NCBI GenBank assembly: GCA_900617105.1
Contig: UYFQ01000180.1
Location: 1-54,530, forward strand
From: Hydrurus foetidus
Taxonomy: Eukaryota
Direction of reading: 5' to 3'
DNA length: 54,530 nt
Positions 13,818 through 25,235 of this stretch are shown here, piece after piece. The position numbers and the translations under genes are program-made. How positions within the stretch are numbered: the first letter of the stretch is position 1; every line of letters starts with the position of its first letter. Under the pieces are notes generated by a model. That model did not search any database. It saw only the letters and a list, made by a program, of their open reading frames with translations, and had not been told where the DNA came from.

Positions 13818-14442
13818 TATCGTGGGAATATATCGTGTAGTCCCTTTGCAGAATTAGTCTGCAAGAAACATTTCATCTCTTTCTTAGTATCAACGGAGAT
13901 TCATCGAGCGCAGTCGGTGGAGTAAGTCGTTATGTTACAACTATCACTCCACTTACTGGAGTGTCGAGTGAAGTCGATGAGAGATGAACCAGCAGCCCAT
14001 TCAGCTCAGGGAACGAACGTTCACGATGTCAGCTAGTACATCCACAACCCGCCGTTCTTGGCAATATTATTATCGATTTGTCACCAATCGTACCGCATAT
14101 TTTTCTGGCCTATTTATGATTAAGATTCCGGACGCGATGAAAGAGGACAGCTCTTCGCTTTGGAATGTTTCGAGGTACTCATTTGGCTCCAAAAAAGAGT
14201 TACGATGTTAGTGCGACCCCCAGCTCAGTTCTGCGGCTTGCAGATTCTGCCCTCTTTGGCAACTTGCAAATTAGGGGACTGCAGCGCTTAAGACGGAAGA
14301 CGAAGCTGCTGAACTGGATAAATCCATCAGAAAAGTATCTCCCTTTTAACAGGCAGGACTTAAACCTTTTCCCGGTGGAACTTGGAACCAACCAATGGCA
14401 CACCGTTACAATGTACGTGCTGTAAATATGTACGGTACAGTA

Positions 14443-15022
14443 CGGGCTGATGACGCCTAGAGGGGTAAAAATCAGTCAAATTGAAATTGCGTATCTTTGA
14501 CTCGACAGTTTCTTCTTGTTTATAGCTCAAAAGAACGGAAATTTTCTTCTCGATGGAGTGGCGCAAATCTTTAAGAATGAAAATTCGAAATTCGAATGTT
14601 TGAACCCAAAAACCGTCTCATTTCATTTTTGGAAGAGCTCTACAGTCGCCAATACCAATTTGCAGCCTTAAGGATTTGCGCCACGTTGTAGACCTATCAG
14701 CTGTGAACATTTCGCTCTGTTGATGTTGGCACAAAGCCTTACCAAAGATACGCTAATTGGGAAACAATATTTCAAATTCGTCATACTCTGAATTTCCGTA
14801 TTCAGAAAAAATCGACGAAAATATTTCTGAAATCGAAATCTGACAAAGAGAAAAACCGGTTATAACGAAGGATCATGATTCGTGAAAACCATGAAGTTCT
14901 TGTGAAAGCGGTTTTAGAATTTTTGGACGGATTTCGATTTCCCCGGAAATTTAGGTGGACGGTTCAGTTTTTAGTTTATTTTCCCTTGAGAGATTTTTAC
15001 GGTTCTTGACGTCATCAGCCTG
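14443..15022. mobile_element. Non-autonomous Tc1/mariner-type MITE (~580 bp)
   Basis: TIRs CGGGCTGATGACGCCTAGAGGGGTAAAAATC versus reverse complement of the right end CAGGCTGATGACGTCAAGAACCGTAAAAATC (25/31); TA at 14441-14442 and 15023-15024; AT-rich non-coding interior. Confidence 0.8.
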
Positions 15023-15204
15023 TACTCATCACTCTTCACTCTCCACTCTTCATGCGTCACTGAGCTACAAATGCAATGGGAAGAGAGAGATTCAGAACTC
15101 AGTTATCTTCATGGATGCATCGATAGGTGGGAGATTGTTGCCCCTGATTGAGGCTAGTGCTCGGTATCACTGACCGGCATGACAGTCAATCTCCAACCGA
15201 CGAA

Positions 15205-15999
15205 ATGATGAATCTCCATCTTCTGGGGATTCTTCTCCTGCATCTAACCCTCTACGTGAGAGTTCATTGCATCGTTGTACTGGGTGCAAAGGCTGTCTGC
15301 AAAAGCTTTTGTCAGAAACGGTGGTTCGCAGCCCCGGAGATTAAGAAGGCCCTAGTCGACATCGATGTTGACTTCGCTCCAGGTATCACTGCCTTGTGCG
15401 GATCCAGTGGCTCAGGAAAATCCACTTTCGCTAAAATTCTTCATGGTCGCTTCCCTAGAGAAGAATACACGGGAGAAATCATTCCAAATGATGGCAAAGC
15501 TTCGAAGATCAACTCCGTATACCTCGATCCTTTTTTTTATCTAACATACGACTCAACGAAGACAGTCGAATATTATCTAAAAAGTCACACAACTGCCGCA
15601 CCAGTTGGAACCATTTTGTACCAAACCATCAATACATTGTTTCAGATACCTCCATCCAGCGTCATTAATAGTCTTTTGGAGAGCCAGAAAAAATTGTTCG
15701 AGGTGCAACTTTTGTTTGACAGACTTGGTGGAAATTCAACAGATGTCGCGGGACTACTTATCCTGGATGAGTATCTCGACAAAGACATGACAGCAGTACG
15801 CACGTTATTTTTTTCAAAAATTAGAGAACTTTGTGATAGCACGCAAGTAAACTTTCAGGTCATTATAGTGACTCACTCGAAAACTGTTTGCAAATGTTGC
15901 GACTCAGTAATAGCAATGAAGAATGGATTTGTATATTGTACAGGGACACCCGACAAAGTTATGAAACATTTACCTGCAGAATTTGTCCTGCTGCAGTAG
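15205..15999 (+). CDS. Stand-alone ABC-type ATPase (single NBD) with hydrophobic N-terminal leader, intronless
   Basis: Walker A GSSGSGKST, Walker B LLILDE, H-loop IVTHS, C-terminal GTPDKV. The signature position reads LLESQ. First ATG at 15205. Confidence 0.8.
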   Translation: MMNLHLLGILLLHLTLYVRVHCIVVLGAKAVCKSFCQKRWFAAPEIKKALVDIDVDFAPGITALCGSSGSGKSTFAKILHGRFPREEYTGEIIPNDGKASKINSVYLDPFFYLTYDSTKTVEYYLKSHTTAAPVGTILYQTINTLFQIPPSSVINSLLESQKKLFEVQLLFDRLGGNSTDVAGLLILDEYLDKDMTAVRTLFFSKIRELCDSTQVNFQVIIVTHSKTVCKCCDSVIAMKNGFVYCTGTPDKVMKHLPAEFVLLQ

Positions 16000-16458
16000 A
16001 TAGAAGAACGTTGCTAAGCTCAGCTTCAACTGTGAACATAATTATGGACTGATAAATGATTGAAGACAACTCATTTCAACAATCCTACGAACAGGACAGA
16101 GAATACTGTCGAGTCACTCAGCTTCATTTCTGTGCACTTCGACACGTAATAATCATAGAGCATCGAAGAACTGTTGAGGTGGACTGGAAATCCTCAACAT
16201 GATGACAAAACGTGGCGCTGCTGATGACTTGATTTGGCTTTCAGTGGTGAGCTGGACTCCACTTTTTGATTACCGCGCAGCCGAGAGCGCTGTTGTATCA
16301 AACATAACATAAAAACGAGTTTCGAAGAAAAATGGAAATAGAACTTTCTTATCGATAAAAAATCTTGTTTTCATGTATTTACAAATAGACAGCATCGAGC
16401 CACTACGCTGCGTACGCTAGAATTGAATACATTGGATGATCAGGTGAATTCAGCAGTT

Positions 16459-17691
16459 TCATGTGGATACTTTTGCAGGGGCAAGGGTGGATCCTGGTGC
16501 TCCTTTCAGCTTATCGGGAATCTCTCTATTAAGGAACATTCCGAGTTCCTTGACTAGACTTGGCGGCCAGCGGCGTATGGTTCCTAAGTAATCCAGGTCA
16601 TTGTACGCCTTGCATCCCACTTCGATTCGGTCACAAGCAAACCTCCACTCCTTCGAGAAAGATTAGGCAACTAGCTGTGAGAACAATGTGAGGTATAGAG
16701 CTGCACACTTCTATAAATGTTATAAACATGTTTAAAATACCTTCAGTGCAAGGATGTAGTCTCCTTTCGACCACGCATCAGCAGCGATAGCGACGTGCAT
16801 ATCTGCATAACCTGGATTCTTTCTGATCACATCGTTCATCGCCTTCACAGACTCCTCTGTTCTGCCAACTTGATAGAGAGCAAGAGCCATGTTAGCCCGA
16901 GCATCGCTGTATCTTGCAACATCCCTCATGGAGTTGAAGGTGTTGCTTGCTGCTTTGTAATCCTCGATCGCTTCTTCGTAACGGTTCAATCTTCCAAGTG
17001 TATTGCCGCGAAAAGTAAGTGTGTATGGGTTGACATCGTCTCCTCTACCACCGCCCCACAGAGATACAGCCTTATTGTAATCGACAAGTGCAGCTTTCCA
17101 ATCAGCTAACCCTTCATTGGCAAGTCCCCGAGAAACAAAACTATCAGGATACTCCGGATAAGCTGCTGTCCCATCAGCTTTCTCGCCATCGCTACTCATC
17201 AGTCGAATGGCCTCATCACAATCTTCAAGACTGCCTTGAAAATTCTTACCATCGAGTCTAACACTGCTTCTAGCCTTCAGCAGAGCGACTATTTCATCTC
17301 TCGGCCGATCAATTTCAAGCCATTTTTTGATCGAGAGAGTAAATTCCTTCTCTGCATCTGTGAATCGTTTCAGGTCAAAATCTCTAAAGGCCATCTGCAC
17401 AAGCTGATTATCTTTATCAGTAGGTGCGATATCTCCGGGCTTTGCGTTCGCTGCGGATGGTATTACGAGCAGAACAGATAGAACAAGAGAGGCGAGAGCT
17501 GCTTGTACAAGAGGCTGGTCTCGCACCGCAGTATTTACTCTTAAACCAAATAATGAAGATGATGAAACTTCTCTTGATGCATGTGTCGGTATCGATGGAG
17601 TCTTGATTAACTTGTATGGCGAAACAAAAAGGGATGCGCATACAATGACCGCGCTGAACATCGCAATAGAGGGTCTCAACTTCATTAGCAT
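16459..17691 (-). CDS. TPR-repeat protein of the cyanobacterial/plastid type, probably thylakoid-lumen targeted; 2 exons (intron 16651-16740)
   Basis: TPR helices (RGLANEGLADWKAALVDYNKA, RGNTLGRLNRYEEAIEDY, NPGYADMH); C-terminal RRWPP motif in exon 2; signal peptide, Ser/Arg-rich transit region, then a second hydrophobic stretch ending AANA. Confidence 0.82.
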
Positions 17692-18019
17692 CACTTTCAA
17701 GGTCTGCTCCTCCGTTTGCAAGCAAATAAAACGTCTCCTGCTGACAGAAAATCCACGATTGTTATTGCATTGATTTGTTTTTTTAGATGATTTGAGCAGT
17801 GTAGTATATACCTATGAAAGACCCTCTGCTGACTGCGTGACGTATTTTTATGGTATATGATGTCATCGAGAACCCAAAAATATACTGAAAAACGATGTTT
17901 TCCGTCTACTTAGTCAAACACTGACGTACACCTACAGAATGGATTCCCTTTAGGGAAATGTACCTTATTCAGCTTAGGTGTTATTCCACTTACGAGCCAA
18001 TTTAAAATGTAATTTGGAA

Positions 18020-18360
18020 CAAATGCTTCAGTAGTAATGAGAATTTATTTTGCAGGTAATCCAATTTCTCACGAAGTGCTCGTTGAATTGAGCGTTAACT
18101 GCAGCAGCATTCATATCTGCAGCCAAGAGCATTGATAAGCTCTTGGCATCGATACAGAACACACTTACATCTTATACTGCACTGCACTGCACTGCATCGA
18201 CATCGCAATATCACTACGGTAGCAACGCAATGTTGACGAAATCTGATGTTGTCCCCCTTTTATGCTACGAATTCACGATAGGTAAGATGGCTATAACCTG
18301 GATTATGTTGGGTAGTAGAAACAAAGGTGGTAGTAGAAATTATAGGCATACAGCATATTA
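18020..18360. repeat. Inverted repeat A, left arm (pairs with about 20354-20732)
   Basis: For example, TATGCTACGAATTCACGATAGGTAAGATGGCTA at 18261-18293 is the exact reverse complement of 20462-20494; similarity with indels extends over ~300 bp. Confidence 0.92.
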
Positions 18361-18852
18361 GGTGGTACATTCTTCAATTTAAAATGGTGCAATTTATATA
18401 TTTTTCAAAAAAACCCAGATATCCTCGAAGTTGCTATCCGGTTGATAATCCCGCCATTATTTTCCGAGAAGTTGCTTACTCCGAGAAGTATCGAGTTGAG
18501 GTTCACGGAAAGTGTGAAATTCGTTCTCTCGCGATGGGGGTGACCACTAAGGACCACTACTGTATACATATGTATGTCAAATAAACAATTCAAATATTTC
18601 GTACTTCGTGTGGTTCTTACTGAAATACGTATGCGGATACGATTGAGGTACGTACGACTATTAATGAAGCTGATATTATCGATTCTGATGACAAACTGAA
18701 CAGCTCCGCTCCAGCTTTATCTGAGAGCTTTGATTGAAAGTAAGCCGCGATTCTGAACTCAACATCAGGCATCTTCTCGCAGAGTGTATGGGGCTCAAAG
18801 ATAAGTCGAGTTGTAGTATCACGCTGATATTCATGAAGAGTGGTCAGAAGTT

Positions 18853-20310
18853 ATGACATCTTACACTATCGTGAGAGTAATCGCAGTATTTACGATAGCT
18901 ATTTTACTCCCGATGCTAGTAGCATTCACCAGCACTCGATCAATCTGTTCGTTTCGTGTAGCAGGTCGCAAGCTGGATAGGTCATCGATTCGTACAGCAG
19001 GGTTTTACTCAAAAATTAAAGGGTCAATATTCAGTGGGACAGCTCAGGATTCAGAAGGCATACAAAGCATTCACTTTAACAGGGAGAAAAAAGAGAAGAG
19101 AAAAAGGACGAAGCCTGAAATTACATCCGATACGCAGAGACCTGCTATAGTGCCGCTGAAATTTGCTAATGTGAAATCTGCCGATATTTTAGACCTAGCG
19201 GAATTAGATTTTGACGCTGTGATTGATGTTCGAACTCCAGCTGAATACGAAATCGATCACATACCAGGATCGGTTAATTATCCTGTGCTTGACAATGATG
19301 AGCGGATTATCATTGGAACGCTTCACAACGGTAATGTCTTCGAAGCGCGGAGGCGAGGCGCTGCCATGATATCACGCCATGTTGCAGAATTACTTGAGAC
19401 CGAATTTCAGCATATGCCGAAAACCTGGAGGCCTTTGATATATTGTTGGAGAGGTGGCTTACGTAGCGGATCGTTAGCGATAGTTTTAGCTCAGGTTGGT
19501 TGGCAGGTTCACCAGCTCAACGGCGGCTACAAATCCTATCGGCGCAATCTGATGGATACCCTACCAGCTTTGTGTCAGAAATGCATTCTCAAGGTAGTCA
19601 GTGCCCCGACTGGATCTGGGAAAACTCACTTTTTAGCGGCACTAGAGAGAGCTGGGAAGCAGATAATAGATTTAGAGGACTTAGCAGGTCACAGGGGATC
19701 TGTGCTAGGAGGCGTACCAGGAGAACCTCAGCCTTCTCAAAGAATGTTCGACACTCGATTGCTGGTAGCACTGCAGAAATTGGATATCAATTTACCAATT
19801 TATATCGAATCAGAAAGCAGGAAAATTGGGAATATAGCTTTGCCAGAGGCCCTTTTCCATCGAATGCATGAGAGCGAGTGTTTAGTGCTCGATGTTCCTC
19901 AATCAGAACGAGTGAAAGGACTCTGTATGGACTATAAATTCTACGTGGAGAATCCAGAAGTGCTGATATCGCATTTATCGAACTTGTCTGATTTGCGTAG
20001 TAAGGAGCAACTGGATGACTGGAGTACCCTTGCAAGAAGCGGTCAGTTTCCAAGACTGGTGCAACAGCTGTTAGAGATTCATTACGACCCGTTGTATTGG
20101 AAATCACTGAGGAGGAACTATCCTCAAATAGATGACGTTAGCGTCAGTCAGCACATTGCTGTGAGTAGTTTGGAACCTTCTTCTCTTGACGAAGCTGTGT
20201 CAAGAATTGTGGAGAGAGAAATCGTTCACTCTGTAGTCAATGCACCAATACCTATAACGGAAAAAATTGGTGAGGTTGTAACGACTGATAGCGACTTCGA
20301 AGATATCTGA
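18853..20310 (+). CDS. mnmH: tRNA 2-selenouridine(34) synthase (MnmH/SelU/YbbB) with bipartite plastid-type presequence, intronless
   Basis: Rhodanese domain IDVRTPAEY..DHIPG..N.PVL and YCWRGGLRS; P-loop APTGSGKT; DLEDLAGHRGS; ESESRKIG; HYDPLY. The N-terminus is a hydrophobic signal ending LVA-F followed by a Ser/Arg-rich transit-like region. Confidence 0.93.
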   Translation: MTSYTIVRVIAVFTIAILLPMLVAFTSTRSICSFRVAGRKLDRSSIRTAGFYSKIKGSIFSGTAQDSEGIQSIHFNREKKEKRKRTKPEITSDTQRPAIVPLKFANVKSADILDLAELDFDAVIDVRTPAEYEIDHIPGSVNYPVLDNDERIIIGTLHNGNVFEARRRGAAMISRHVAELLETEFQHMPKTWRPLIYCWRGGLRSGSLAIVLAQVGWQVHQLNGGYKSYRRNLMDTLPALCQKCILKVVSAPTGSGKTHFLAALERAGKQIIDLEDLAGHRGSVLGGVPGEPQPSQRMFDTRLLVALQKLDINLPIYIESESRKIGNIALPEALFHRMHESECLVLDVPQSERVKGLCMDYKFYVENPEVLISHLSNLSDLRSKEQLDDWSTLARSGQFPRLVQQLLEIHYDPLYWKSLRRNYPQIDDVSVSQHIAVSSLEPSSLDEAVSRIVEREIVHSVVNAPIPITEKIGEVVTTDSDFEDI

Positions 20311-20353
20311 ATTCTAAATTGCACTATCTTACATTTGGGTGACCCAACTCAAT

Positions 20354-20732
20354 TAATATTTTGCGCGATGTTTTTCTACTACAATTACTGCTTCTATTTC
20401 CGAACTAATTGCTGATCATTTTTCTTGCATGATTTCTTGGTATCAATCCCAACCCAGCTGTTAGCCATCTTACCTATCGTGAATTCGTAGCATAAAAGGA
20501 AGACAACATCAGATTTCGTCAACGTCAGCTGTCGAGAATTGCGTTGCTACCATAGTGATATTGCAATGTCGATGCAGTGCAGTGCCGTGCAGTATAAGAT
20601 GTAAGTGTGTTCTGTATCGATGCCAAGAGCTTATCAATGCTCTTAGTTACTGCTCAATTCAACGAGCACTTCGTAAGTAATTGTTAATTGGATTATCCGA
20701 AAAATTGGGTCTCACTACCACTGAGGCATTTG
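20354..20732. repeat. Inverted repeat A, right arm (3' flank of mnmH)
   Basis: Reverse complement of 18020-18360; strongest over 20462-20732, inner limit approximate. Confidence 0.9.
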
Positions 20733-21209
20733 AAAAATACAGACAGAACAAATAGTAGAGGCGCGGGACTGAGAAGGGAAGATGGTTAGACAGACATACT
20801 GCGCTAGCGGAGAAAGTCATCCCCAGGGCTACTGAGATAAATAGTGTGATATCCTCCTTCTGTCTTTGCTCTCCTCTCTCTGTTGAGGATCTAAGAGGAT
20901 AAATGTCATCGCAGCTGGTAAACTGAGTTAAGCCTGCTTCCCTTCGTTGTTGCTGCCCTGAGCATCATTCAGTCAAGAGGGTAGACAAGGTGGAGAGGAG
21001 AGGGATGGAATGGCTTGGCTTGGTACAGACTCACATGCCCTATCTATCCACCGAGGCGCCACTTGACTGGCTCTCCTATTTCTTCACCTTCGAGGCCACA
21101 CGCACAGTGCCCACACAGTCATGTCGAATCTGACGTTGACTCCAACATGGACTTGGACTTAGGCACAGCACAGCACACACGCACGTATGATCGCAGGCAT
21201 ACAGTAGAC

Positions 21210-21555
21210 ATCTAACAGCTCTTAGCCCCCTCTACTTGGCACGTATGCACGGTACGGTACGGTACTGCAGTGCATGAAGGCACAGTATCGATCAGAGTCT
21301 CAGCTGCCTGTTCTTCAGCTCCGCTCCGCTGTACTGTACTGTAGTTTGATGAGTGTTCTCTCTGTTCACTGATCTCTGTCCTTCTGATGATGTGTGCGAG
21401 TGGATTAGACGGGACGGACGAGCGAGAGAGAACCAGAGGGTGACGGCACTGATCCAACAGAATGAGCGGTAGTGGCTTCTGATCGTCCACCCCCTGTTTC
21501 CATCCCCGTCAGAAACAACCTTCTTAAGACGCTTATTGGCTTATAGCACTTGTCC
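21210..21555. repeat. Inverted repeat B, left arm (3' flank of photolyase; pairs with 25236-25582)
   Basis: ATCTAACAGCTCTTAGCCCCCTCTACTTGGCACGTATGCACGGTAC... matches the reverse complement of ...GTACCGTGCATACGTGCCAAGTGGAGGGGGCTAAGAGCTGTTAGAT; similarity continues through CTGATCGTCCACCCCCTGTTTCCAT. Confidence 0.93.
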
Positions 21556-21718
21556 GTGAAATCGAATCGAATCGAATCGAATAGAGGCACATAGATGTAG
21601 AGGGACACATTGGCAATGACCTGCTCTGGTGTATCCTCATCTGCATACCATACCATTCCATTCCATTCCATTCTTCTACTTCCATCAGAACGCACATTAT
21701 CTATATCTCCTAGCACTC

Positions 21719-24700
21719 TTACAGCTTTCTCGCTCTACTCACGCTAGCAGCGTTGGCCGCAGCCGGAGGATATTTCGACACAAAAGCCGGGACGTCGAAT
21801 TTCCTCTTACAGCCCTAAGGGTGAGGTCAAATCGGAAAAAGGAATACTATCAGATGGGAGACAGTACAGTATTGAGGTGTGGTGGAGAAGTATTGAGAGG
21901 GAAAATGGAAATGGACATGGATAGGTCAGACATAGCGCTGACTGGAACTGACGAGGGTAGAATAGGATAGGATGGAATAGAATAGGGTAGAGTAGAATAG
22001 GGTGGGGAAGAGCAGATAGGATACGATAGGGAGAATGGGATAGGAATGCAGGATAGGATAGGATAGGATAGCATATGTTATGCGTCATCAAGTTACGATA
22101 TTAGAGCATGAGTATCAATATACCAGTCAGTGTCACATGATAAAGATGACAGCAGGGGTGATATGGTAGCGCAGAACAGAGCACAGTAGGGTGATGCACT
22201 GATATGATGTACAGTACTTCGATCTTATCAAGTTGCATTTAATACAAGACAGGACTGTATCATTATCATGTGCCTCCACGTTTGCTCTGATTAAAGAGAA
22301 GTCAGCTGCACATATTATGCAATCACAGTATCACACTTCCCAACATCACCTTCTATCTAATATGAATTCTAAAGCGACACTGTAAATTCCTGCCACACAT
22401 TCATTTCATCATTTAGAACCCATACCTCGTAATTCATGAATCTGATCTTCCCAAATACCGGTCTCTCCCCCCACCCCTGATCATGTATGCCCCCTATGGA
22501 CCAGAGGCATCCCACATAGCCGTTGGGGTCCCGTCCATCGAGTTCGTACTTGTCGTTGAGATGTATTGCGACTCTGAGAGCTTCTTCAGGAGAGGGGCTC
22601 CACTCGAGAATCTTCTTTGCCCAATACATGCGGAGGAATCCCTTAGGGGAGGGGGGTTGATTAGGGAGGGAAGGGAGGGAGGAAAGGAGGGAGGATGATG
22701 GAGGACAGGGAGGGAGGAGGAGGAGGAGGGAAGAGGTCGAGAGAGAGAGGAGAGGAGAGAGGGAGGGAGTAGTAGGAGGAGGAAAGGGAAAGGATGAACG
22801 GGGCTAAATGTTACCTACGAGAGGCAGTGGACAGGGAGGTACTGCGGTAGGAGGTATCATACAAGGAAAAAGGACAAGGGTAAAACGGTGAGGTCAGACA
22901 GCATGCGTACTTACATGCATTTTTCCTTTTTGGGTCATTTGTAGCTGGGCGGCATTCCAGAGATCATCGTGCGTTCGTGCGTCTTCTAGTTCCTGGCAAG
23001 TGTACAGTACGGGCCTGACGTCAGAGGCGTGCAGCGCCAAGCTGGTTCTCGCCCAGTCGTTGCACGCCTCAAGGGAGTCGTACTTAGGATTGTCTGAAGG
23101 TAGAGAGATGAGTGGTAGTGTTAGTTCAAGACCACTATCAGATCATTAGCATATAAAGAATAGTATGGTACAGTATAGTATAGTATAGTATAGTATAGTA
23201 ATATAGTATAGTATAGTATAGTATAGTATGGCACAGTATGGTAAAGTCTGGTATAGTATGGTGCAGTATAGTATGGTATAGTATGGTGTAGTATAGTATG
23301 ATGTAGTATAGTATGGTGTAGTATAGTATGGTATGGCGTAATATGATGTAGTATAGTATGATGTAGTATAGTATGGTATAGTGTAATATGATGTAGTATA
23401 GTATGATGTAGTATAGTATGGTGTAGTATGGTATGGTATAGTGTAATATGATGTAGTATAGTATGATGTAGTATAGTATGATGTAGTATAGTATGGTGTA
23501 GTATAGTATCGTATAGTGTAATATGGTATAGTATAGTATGGTGTAGTATGGTACGGAATAATGTAGTAGAGAATAGTTCAGATTGTGGCATTGTGTATTG
23601 CATGAGAATGCTGACTGCGGAGAACAGTCGTGATGTAAAGGTAAAAGCGTTGATAAATTTGTGATACCAGATCAGACTAGATCAGGGATCAGATAACTCG
23701 CACTGCATCAGTCTATCACTATATCCGTGTGTAAATCATACTTGGACAGGATGCTACTGTAGTATGTAATATACCACCGAAGAGTGCGTGAACGCTGCAC
23801 AGTAAAATGACAAACAGTGTACTTACAGAAACAGAAATTATCTGAGAGTTCACTTCTCACTACTGCCTCCTCCACGAACGAGTCAGCGCTGCTAGGATGC
23901 TTCTTGCTGGACTTGACAGATAGCACAAGTCGTTGGACACTTATTTGTCCGAAATGTATGTATGGAGACAGGTTGGACTGAAGGTCAAGATTGGGGTCAT
24001 TGCGTTTAGCCCCGTAGTCTTTGAGCCTCACTTCTATGAAGGATTGGAGCATCCTCCTAGCAGCGGCTGTGCCAGGAGTGATCCATGTGACAGGTCCGAT
24101 GGATCGGTCTATTTCTAGTGAAGCAAAAGAAGAAGTCCAGTCCACAGGGTCGCAACCATCTAGACTCCCTGGAGGGTTAGCTTCAAGCTGTTCAAAAGGG
24201 GTGAGAAATTCTGGAAGCCTGTTCTGAATCTTTGTTCTAATTGTTCTGGCACCGTATTCGAGCTTAGGACTAGCGATCCAGCACGGCACAACATTGTGTG
24301 CATCCACTTGAACCATTGGGATAGGGCTCTCAAGATTGTCCAGACTATCTGCTACACTATTGCTCCAAGATAAGCCAACGCGAAGAGGGCTGAAATCGCC
24401 TACAACAACCATGGCACAATTTTTTGCAGCAAACTGTGGAATGTTCTCAATAGGATCACCCATCAGAAGGTAAAAGGGAATGTTCTTCTGTCGAAGCTCT
24501 TCCTCAACTTCCCGCAATCCAGTAATCATAAAGTCATACTGGCGCAGGGTTGCATTTAGAAATTTTGGCACCATATTAAATACCACTTTTAGAGGCACTC
24601 CTTTAGATGTTGCAACCCCTTGGGCATAAAGCATCGCATGATTATCTTCAGCACGTTGATCCCTCGACATCCATAGAACGACACACTGACCAGCAGCATT

Positions 24701-25102
24701 TAAGTCTCTTGTTCCCGAAAGACGGCGCGCACGAGCGGCGTTGAAGTTAGCTGGTATGAATGGCAATTGCGGGAGTGGCACAATTTCGTCGATGATGGTT
24801 TTCTTCCGAGGTGCTTTCTTCGTCACCTTCGCTGGTTTATCGTCCTCATCTGCCTTTCGTTTCGACATTGTCTGAATGCCTCCTCTCGAGTAACGTGCAG
24901 GCGAAAAAATGAAATTGAGTTTCCTGTAGCTGTTCAATGGACAGCGCCAAGTGATTATCGATGTAGAGAGGTACACTTTCGTAAGTATCACAAAAGTCCA
25001 CTGCAGCAGTAGCATGCAAAGCAGGCAAAATTTGAAGACGCCCCAGTTGATCTTCTCCAGTTCTGTAGCGGCTAGTTGACGATGAGTTGATGATGCTTTC
25101 AT
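21719..25102 (-). CDS. phr: Class II CPD DNA photolyase, 4 exons (25102-23827, 23093-22915, 22641-22426, 21814-21719)
   Basis: Class II motifs [111 protein letters not shown]. Splice phases checked by hand. Confidence 0.96.
23160..23560. repeat. (TAGTA/TGGTA)n pentanucleotide microsatellite in photolyase intron 1
   Basis: Direct reading. Confidence 0.95.
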
Positions 25103-25235
25103 CTTTCATCGTCATCTTCTAAGACTTCGAGATTCGAGATCTGGTTGCTGTAAATGCGAAAGCTTCAGCAAAAATATGTACGTATACCGATAAGAGTGAG
25201 GTACGTACTACTTACTACGTACTAATCTACCAACA

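Noticed and set aside
13984..14425. Short ORFs upstream of the PPR gene
   Set aside because: No recognisable motif or consistent splice structure; cannot be supported as genes.
18122..18147. Hairpin near mnmH as a possible SECIS element
   Set aside because: It lacks the AUGA/GA quartet and two-stem geometry, and mnmH has no in-frame TGA.
18853..20310. mnmH as bacterial contamination
   Set aside because: It is embedded among intron-containing genes, has a eukaryotic presequence and shows no operon context.
23121..23603. His/Thr/Ile/Leu repetitive ORF and similar ORFs at 6179-6587, 8285-8709, 10693-11091, 26910-27409, 38727-39101 and 47009-47419
   Set aside because: Translations of microsatellites in introns or intergenic DNA.
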